Assembly (NCBI GenBank): GCA_002348315.1
Contig: DEAW01000136.1
Location: 15,211 to 79,210 of the forward strand
DNA: 64,000 bases
Direction of reading: 5' to 3'
Source of the DNA: Planctomycetaceae bacterium UBA2972
GTDB taxonomy: Bacteria > Planctomycetota > Planctomycetia > Pirellulales > Pirellulaceae
Made by a program: the position numbers and the translations under genes. Below the pieces are notes generated by a model. That model was given only the letters and a program-made list of their open reading frames with translations. It did no database searches and was not told where the DNA came from. This document shows, piece after piece, positions 54,618 through 61,214 of the stretch (position 1 is the stretch's first letter; every line of letters begins with the position of its first letter).

Positions 54618-55325
54618 TTGTCTACTCGACAATCTAAAAAGTTTATTGTTGTCGCGTTGGTGATTACATTGGCGACGGGGTCGCTTCTATTTCAGTGGCT
54701 TGGTTCACAACGGGCTGCTGAAGATTTAGCAGAATACTACGCGGCAGCGGTACTCGAAGGCCAGCAGGCGATCCAACAATCACTAGAAGAGCGTGGGCTG
54801 GTACAGTATGTAGGTTCTTTACATGAACCTGCCCCGAATTCAGATTCTATCATTGATACAAGTCCGGCTCATTGCTATCCAGTGAATGTTGATAGTGTTT
54901 TAGAATGTGAGTTAGCAACCGTTCGTATTCTGGATTTACATAACTGTAATGTTATCGAAGAAGGTAGAGAGTGCAGATCTGGTGGTCAACTGGTCATCTC
55001 GTCCAGGGACGGACAATTCGATGAAGTCTTCATTAGCTTTGAGCTTCTGAATTCAGCAGGTGGCAAATTTGAGATTGTTATGCCAAGCGATAAGCGTGCT
55101 TGTCAGCCGATCAAACGTGCCTTCGAACAGTTTGCTCCGGAACCAGGAATTGCCTCACGCCAACTCATGAATAACGTTTTGGTGAAGCTATTTAGAAATG
55201 CCCGAAACAACACGATCGACGAGCAGTTAGGTCACCTGTTCCTCAAGATCATCCTCAATTCAGTTCATCATGAATTACTGGTTGCGCAGGCCTTTGAAAG
55301 GCCGCTTCCTCGCAATGGCAGTTAA
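54618..55325 (+). CDS. Hypothetical N-terminally anchored protein (235 aa)
   Basis: The TTG start is preceded by GAGGTG 7 nt upstream. The single N-terminal hydrophobic segment is FIVVALVITLATGSLLF. I recognise no family. Confidence 0.5.
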   Translation: MSTRQSKKFIVVALVITLATGSLLFQWLGSQRAAEDLAEYYAAAVLEGQQAIQQSLEERGLVQYVGSLHEPAPNSDSIIDTSPAHCYPVNVDSVLECELATVRILDLHNCNVIEEGRECRSGGQLVISSRDGQFDEVFISFELLNSAGGKFEIVMPSDKRACQPIKRAFEQFAPEPGIASRQLMNNVLVKLFRNARNNTIDEQLGHLFLKIILNSVHHELLVAQAFERPLPRNGS

Positions 55326-55349
55326 TCACATCTCCAGTGTCGAACAACC

Positions 55350-56771
55350 TTAAGCGATGATTTCTTTGACAACTTCACCTGCCACATCCGTCAAACGGAA
55401 GTCTCTGCCATTGAGGTGATAGGTTAGTTTTTTGTGATCCAGACCACAGAGGTGCAGTATGGTCGCATGCAGATCATTGACACTGACTCGATTCTCAACC
55501 GCTTCATTGCCAATTTCATTCGTCGCTCCATAATGCACTCCACCTTTGACTCCTCCGCCTGCCATCCAATAGGTCATTGCATGTGGATTATGGTCCCGGC
55601 CCGTTCCTCCTTTTTGTACGATAGAGAGTCGTCCAAATTCGCCACCCCAAACCACTAACGTGTTATCCAGCAATCCTCGCTGGTCCAGATCTTCGAGCAG
55701 CCCGGCAATTGGGCGATCTGTTTCACCGGCAAACTGTCCGTGATTTTTCGAAATCGAGTTGTGGCCATCCCAGCTGCGGGCATTTTCATTACCACCACTA
55801 TAGATCTGAATGAAGCGTACGCCACGTTCCACCATACGTCGTGCAATCAGACATTGTTTAGCAAAGTGATCGCATTCTTTGACTCCAACTCCATAAAGGT
55901 CATGGATTTCCTGAGTCTCCGCATTGATATCAAGTGCTTCCGGTGCGGCCTGTTGCATACGGTAAGCAAGTTCAAAACTGTTAATGCGAGTCTCTAAATC
56001 AGATTCATCCGGTCGGGTTTGAGCGTGATCTTCATTCAGTGATTTAAGTGCATCGAGTAACGCTCGTTGCTGAGAAATATTCTTCTTGCCTTGAAGATTC
56101 AGATTATCGATCGGATCTCCCTGAGGTTTGAACCAGGTTCCCTGATAAACACTTGGCAGAAATCCAGCTCCCCAGTTTTGTGCATACCCTTTGGGGAGGC
56201 CACGATTCAGCGGATCGGACATCGTTACGAAGGAGGGTAGGTTTTGATTCTCGGTACCCAATCCGTAAGTGACCCAGGAACCGACGCTGGGAAACCCCAT
56301 ACGTTTCATGCCGGTATTGATCATGAACAGTGCCGGGCTGTGGTTGTTTGATTCGGTGTAACACGAATGAAGAAACGCCATCTTGTCGACATGCTGAGCG
56401 AGTTTGGGAAAGATCTCCGAAACCCAGGACCCGCTTTCTCCGTGTTGAGAGAATTGGAACGGTGACTTCATTATGGGACCGACATTTCCGGTAAAGAATC
56501 CCGTATTTTTATCGAACCCTTCTAATTCCTGTCCATCGTGCTTTTCCAGTTCAGGTTTGTAATCCCATGTATCAACTTGACTCGGCCCGCCATTCATAAA
56601 TAGCCAGATCACACTCTTCGCTTTGGCCGGGAAATGTTGTTCTTTCGCAGATAACGGACTATTGGCCGCTTCGGCTTCCTGTTCTGCCAACAACGCATGG
56701 AGAGCCAACGCGCCCATGCCACCACCACAGGTTTTTAGTAACTGTCGACGAGTATAAAAACTATTCATCAT
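55350..56771 (-). CDS. DUF1501 protein (Tat signal)
   Basis: It has TRRQLLKTCGGGMGALALHALL, VIWLFMNGGPSQVDTWDYKPEL, WGGEFGRL, GRDHN and YWMAGGGVKGG. It starts 17 nt after the upstream stop. Confidence 0.9.
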   Translation of the reverse strand: MMNSFYTRRQLLKTCGGGMGALALHALLAEQEAEAANSPLSAKEQHFPAKAKSVIWLFMNGGPSQVDTWDYKPELEKHDGQELEGFDKNTGFFTGNVGPIMKSPFQFSQHGESGSWVSEIFPKLAQHVDKMAFLHSCYTESNNHSPALFMINTGMKRMGFPSVGSWVTYGLGTENQNLPSFVTMSDPLNRGLPKGYAQNWGAGFLPSVYQGTWFKPQGDPIDNLNLQGKKNISQQRALLDALKSLNEDHAQTRPDESDLETRINSFELAYRMQQAAPEALDINAETQEIHDLYGVGVKECDHFAKQCLIARRMVERGVRFIQIYSGGNENARSWDGHNSISKNHGQFAGETDRPIAGLLEDLDQRGLLDNTLVVWGGEFGRLSIVQKGGTGRDHNPHAMTYWMAGGGVKGGVHYGATNEIGNEAVENRVSVNDLHATILHLCGLDHKKLTYHLNGRDFRLTDVAGEVVKEIIA

Positions 56772-56788
56772 TCGTTTTGCATCTTCAA

Positions 56789-59700
56789 TTAATAGATGTA
56801 ACAGAATTCGTTAAGGCAAAGCATGAGCTGGATGAGATCGGCGGTTGCCTGTTCCCGAGCGTCGGTCACTCCGGATTCTGTGTAGGACGCAGTCTGACTC
56901 TGCAGGAAACTGACAGCCTTCGCTGCTTCACTATCGGTGGGCTGACGCGAAAGCGATCGTTGATACAGCATTTGGATCTGGGTTGCTTCATCAAGTTGGT
57001 GTTTGAGCAATTCTGTCGCACTATCTTCACAACATTTTCTCAGGTGGGGATTGTTTAGTAGTAGCAGCGCCTGCGGAGCGACGGTCGTTGTAGGTCGTTG
57101 CCCCTGACTCACCAGCGGTTCCGGTACGTCGAAGACCTGCAGCATCGGAACAAGCTTACTGCGTTTGATAGTAAAGTAGATGCTGCGGCGACGCATCGAT
57201 TCGTCAAGCGTCCCCTGGCCGAACATTCTGACATCAAGTTGACCGGTTGCCTGCAGGATGGAATCCCGAATGGCTTCCGCTTCCAGTCGCCGGGGACTAA
57301 ACCGCCAATAGTACGCATTGCCAGGATCGGCCAATGCATCCTCTTTGTTGAAGCCTGACGCTTGCTGGTAGGTGTAGCTCGAGAGAATCAGTGAGTGGAT
57401 ATGTTTAAGACTCCAGTCATGTTCAATGAGTTGCATGGCCAGCCAATCCAGCAGAGCAGGGTGAGTGGGAGGTTGACCCTGAATACCAAAATCATTCGTT
57501 GATGAGACAATGCCGCGTCCAAAGTGATGGTGCCAGAGACGGTTGACGATGACGCGCGCAAGCAGGTGGCCGGCACCTTGTTGCGTATCAACCATCCAGT
57601 TGGCCAGAGCCGTACGGCGATACGATGTAGTGGCTCCATCCGGTGGAGTTTCCTGCCACCGTTGAATCGAATCTTCGGCAGGCATTAACACTTGTAGAAA
57701 TCCCTGTTGAGCCTGCCCTGTCTTTTGATTGACGTCACCGCGTTTCAAAAAGTAAAAATCTTCAAAGAAGTCCTTACCCTGAGAATGATGACGAATGGGT
57801 TTAACGCCTTCGCTGACGACCATCACCGTTTCACCAACCGTCTTCGGCGCCGACTTTTTATGTTCTAACGCCTTGGCAGTAAGTTCCTTCCAGGTGTTAT
57901 CCGATGTGCGGTACCAACCAACAGCCAGTCGGATTTCGTCTTCAGTACGGTCACCGGCCGGTTTCTTCAGAATCCGAGCAACTTCTTCTGAGATCGTATT
58001 GGCGAGCAGAGGTAATTCCGGGTCACCAGAAACCGAAATGCGGAAGCGTCCCATGATGTGTTTGGTGTTGCCCTGAAATGCCACAGTGAGCCGTAGTCGA
58101 TAACCCGCAGCGTCTTCCAGCGGTTCAGCCAAAGTCAGGATCGCCGCATGGTCCTTGCCAAACTGAGGATCGACAGCCCAGCCGGAACCCTTGTCGTCAT
58201 CAATGACAGTGCGGACATGTAAGGCGCCTTCATTTTGATTAAACGTTGCTTTCGCATTACTAAACTCGACATTTTTCAGATTATTGGCATCGGACAGCGG
58301 TGCCGCTCCCAGATGCACATCGGTTAGTTGGAAGTTGCCATTGGACGCCAATCCGGGCCCTCCGGCACTAAGCGTCGGATCGGCAAACGCTTCGATGCGA
58401 ATCGCTTTGACATTTGGCAAATGCGTATGGAATTCAAATGTAAAAACATCCTGGTTAGCAGCCAGCGACGGTTCAACCTTAAAAGACTCGTCCGGTTGGC
58501 GTTCGATGACAGAACTCTTTTCAGACTGCACGTCAAAAAACTTCATGGTGTACCACTGTGGCAATTCCTTTTCAGGATTAGCGGCATCCCAGACCTCAAA
58601 CGCCTTTCGCAGAGTGGTTTCTTCATATTCCCGGATCGCATCGAGGTACGGCTGATGGGCTTTATCAAATGCTGCCTGCTGCGCATCCACTTCAGCCTGA
58701 TTGATAATGATTTGCTGATTAGATCGAACTGCGGTCGTAAAGGTCGAAGTGAAGCGGTAGTAATCGGCTGTTGGGATAGGGTCAAATTTATGGTCGTGAC
58801 ATCGAGCGCAGCCGATTGTCATCGCCAGCATTGCAGTGCCAGTCGTCGCGGCCATGTCATCCAGAGCGTCATACCGCGATGGTTCGACTTCGTTGGCCGT
58901 AATCTGCGTTGGGAAGACGCCGGCACCTAGAAATCCAGTTGCCATCATGGCGAGGTGATTCTTCGGAGCAATTTCATCGCCGGCAAGTTGCCAGCGAGTA
59001 AATTCGTTGTACGGTAAATCCTGATTCAGAGCCTGGATGACAAAATCACGATAATGAAATGCAAAGGGACGATCGTAGTCATGTTCAAAACCATGACTTT
59101 CTGCAAATCGCGCAACGTCCAGCCAGTGTCGCGCCCAACGTTCCCCGTAATGCGGGCTATTTAAAACGTATTTAATCGTTGCCTCGATCACCTGCTCTAC
59201 AGGCTCGGCTGCCAGAGTAGCCAATTCCTGCTCGGTGGGCGGCATGCCGATCGTATCGAGAAACATCCGGCGAATCAGAGTTTGCTTGTCGGCCTTAGCG
59301 GAGAAGTGTAGTGATTGACTGTCGATTCCTGCAGCAATGTAGTGATCAATTGGATTCTGAGCTGCAGGGTGGAGATCCGTACGGATTGTTGCCATTCGCA
59401 AAGGTTGAAATGCCCAGTAGTCCTTTTGGGACTGGTCGATGCGTCGGCGAGTCCACGCATCGGCAGGTTCATCCGCATCCAGCAGAGGGCGATCGTAGGC
59501 TGCTCCGAGATCAGCCCATTCCAGAATCGACTCAATCAAAGTATCACTCAGCTTGCCACTGTTTTGTGGCATGGCCGGCTCAGCTCGATGATAGAGCATA
59601 TCTGCCAGATAGCTCTGTCGCGATTTTCCAAATTCGACCGTTTCCCCACTTGCTCCTCCCAAAAGAAACGTCTTGCGTGTGGCGAGGCTGAATTCACCTT

Positions 59701-59944
59701 CGGTTTTTTCGCCACCATGACAGTTGAGGCAATGGGCAGTTAAGGCATGGCGCACCGTGGACTTGAACAGTTTCTGACTCCTGGCCATCCGTGCGGCATG
59801 TGCAGGGTCTAACTTCTCCTGCTTTTCCGGAGTTTCCTGATTCTGCTGCTGAGCCTGCACGGACATCCGTGGTGCCAGTGGTACTAGTAATGCCAGGGCA
59901 AGCAGGACTACACCGAGACTATCCAATCTCATCGTCAATTTCAT
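56789..59944 (-). CDS. PSCyt1 / DUF1549 / DUF1553 protein
   Basis: It has a signal-like N-terminus and the heme motif CLNCHGG with downstream PAMPQ. It has YGERWARHWLDVARFAESHGFEHD, HYRDFVIQALNQDLPYNEFTRWQLAGDE, GCARCHDHKFDPIP, RVIVNRLWHHHFGRGIVSSTNDFG, HPALLDWLA and LMLCLNEFCYIY. Confidence 0.9.
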   Translation of the reverse strand: MKLTMRLDSLGVVLLALALLVPLAPRMSVQAQQQNQETPEKQEKLDPAHAARMARSQKLFKSTVRHALTAHCLNCHGGEKTEGEFSLATRKTFLLGGASGETVEFGKSRQSYLADMLYHRAEPAMPQNSGKLSDTLIESILEWADLGAAYDRPLLDADEPADAWTRRRIDQSQKDYWAFQPLRMATIRTDLHPAAQNPIDHYIAAGIDSQSLHFSAKADKQTLIRRMFLDTIGMPPTEQELATLAAEPVEQVIEATIKYVLNSPHYGERWARHWLDVARFAESHGFEHDYDRPFAFHYRDFVIQALNQDLPYNEFTRWQLAGDEIAPKNHLAMMATGFLGAGVFPTQITANEVEPSRYDALDDMAATTGTAMLAMTIGCARCHDHKFDPIPTADYYRFTSTFTTAVRSNQQIIINQAEVDAQQAAFDKAHQPYLDAIREYEETTLRKAFEVWDAANPEKELPQWYTMKFFDVQSEKSSVIERQPDESFKVEPSLAANQDVFTFEFHTHLPNVKAIRIEAFADPTLSAGGPGLASNGNFQLTDVHLGAAPLSDANNLKNVEFSNAKATFNQNEGALHVRTVIDDDKGSGWAVDPQFGKDHAAILTLAEPLEDAAGYRLRLTVAFQGNTKHIMGRFRISVSGDPELPLLANTISEEVARILKKPAGDRTEDEIRLAVGWYRTSDNTWKELTAKALEHKKSAPKTVGETVMVVSEGVKPIRHHSQGKDFFEDFYFLKRGDVNQKTGQAQQGFLQVLMPAEDSIQRWQETPPDGATTSYRRTALANWMVDTQQGAGHLLARVIVNRLWHHHFGRGIVSSTNDFGIQGQPPTHPALLDWLAMQLIEHDWSLKHIHSLILSSYTYQQASGFNKEDALADPGNAYYWRFSPRRLEAEAIRDSILQATGQLDVRMFGQGTLDESMRRRSIYFTIKRSKLVPMLQVFDVPEPLVSQGQRPTTTVAPQALLLLNNPHLRKCCEDSATELLKHQLDEATQIQMLYQRSLSRQPTDSEAAKAVSFLQSQTASYTESGVTDAREQATADLIQLMLCLNEFCYIY

Positions 59945-59986
59945 TTATCCAATGCATCGAAATTAGGAGTGAACACAACGCTATGA

Positions 59987-61039
59987 TTATTTGCGTTTCT
60001 GTTTTGCCGGTGGCAACTGGTACCCCGTTGTATTCAAACGAATCCGGTACAGGTCAGCTCCCGCAGTAATATAGAGAAGATTGGAATCTTTGCCACGCCC
60101 AAAACCGACGTTGGTGGGAACCGGAGTTTCAATGAATCCCAGTTCTTTGCCTGCTGGTGAGTAGATTGCAATTCCGGGACGTTTTTCAGATCGTTCCGCC
60201 ACGACCAGATTACCGTTTGCATCAACAATGAGACCGTCAGGGCCATCCTCCGGCGAGTAATCCACGAGCGTTTCGCGGTAAGTTGCGTTCCCGTCTTTGT
60301 CCAGATCGTAAGCCATCAGCGCCATGTGCCCTTTGCGAAGTGGAGCTGCAATTGCAACGGGGCCCTTGGCATCATCGGCCGTACCAAGTCGTTCAAATCC
60401 GGTCGCTCCATTTGCATTACTCACGACGTACAAGGTTTTCTGATCCGGTGAGATACAGACACCGTTAGGTTTTCCGGCATCCGAGATAATGCGAGTGATC
60501 GTTCCGTCGGTGTCCACTCGGTAGACACCCATGACGGGTTGGTCGATGGACTCATGGCCCAGATAGCGAGGATCACTAAAGTAGAGCCGACCTTTGAGGT
60601 CAATCGTAACGTCATTTGGTGAATTCAGTTTCCGGCCTTCATACATTCCCGCAACAATATAGCTCATACCGGTTTTCATATCAGTTCGGGTGACGCGCCG
60701 ACCACCATAATCTGCACCTTCGCAGATGATCATGTCGCCATGCGCATCGAATTTGATACCATTGGACATCCCGCTGGGTGAGCGAAAGATCGTCGTCTTT
60801 CCGCTGGCAGGATCGTATTTCCAAATGTGGCCCGCATGAATCTGGCCATTGTCGGTTGTGGATTGATGTGAAAATGTAATGTCACTGAAGTAAACCTGCC
60901 CATCAGGAGCGACGGCTACGCCCTCAGTTAACATGATGCCGGTGAACAGTTTTTCCAGTTTAGCGTCTTTCGGTACGATGGGATCCGCCGCCAATGCTAT
61001 CGATACAAAGCCAAAGAAAAGGAAGATACTAAGTCTCAT
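59987..61039 (-). CDS. Secreted SMP-30/gluconolactonase/LRE-family lactonase
   Basis: Signal peptide is MRLSIFLFFGFVSIALA. It has LNSPNDVTIDLKGRLYFSDP, PNGVCISPDQKTLYV and GPDGLIVDANGNLVVA. It ends 42 nt before the co-directional PSCyt gene. Confidence 0.85.
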   Translation of the reverse strand: MRLSIFLFFGFVSIALAADPIVPKDAKLEKLFTGIMLTEGVAVAPDGQVYFSDITFSHQSTTDNGQIHAGHIWKYDPASGKTTIFRSPSGMSNGIKFDAHGDMIICEGADYGGRRVTRTDMKTGMSYIVAGMYEGRKLNSPNDVTIDLKGRLYFSDPRYLGHESIDQPVMGVYRVDTDGTITRIISDAGKPNGVCISPDQKTLYVVSNANGATGFERLGTADDAKGPVAIAAPLRKGHMALMAYDLDKDGNATYRETLVDYSPEDGPDGLIVDANGNLVVAERSEKRPGIAIYSPAGKELGFIETPVPTNVGFGRGKDSNLLYITAGADLYRIRLNTTGYQLPPAKQKRK

Positions 61040-61214
61040 GGTTGAAGTTACTCCAAAGAATTCTGTTATTCGATCACTTCTTTGATTTTACTGCATTTGT
61101 CGGCGACAGTCCCCTGTTGAATTAACGTTTAAACGAGATGTAAATCACCTTCGTCTTAGCTTAAAATAGAGATCATTCAAACGAGAACCAAAGTCTTTGG
61201 ATTAATTCAAAACT

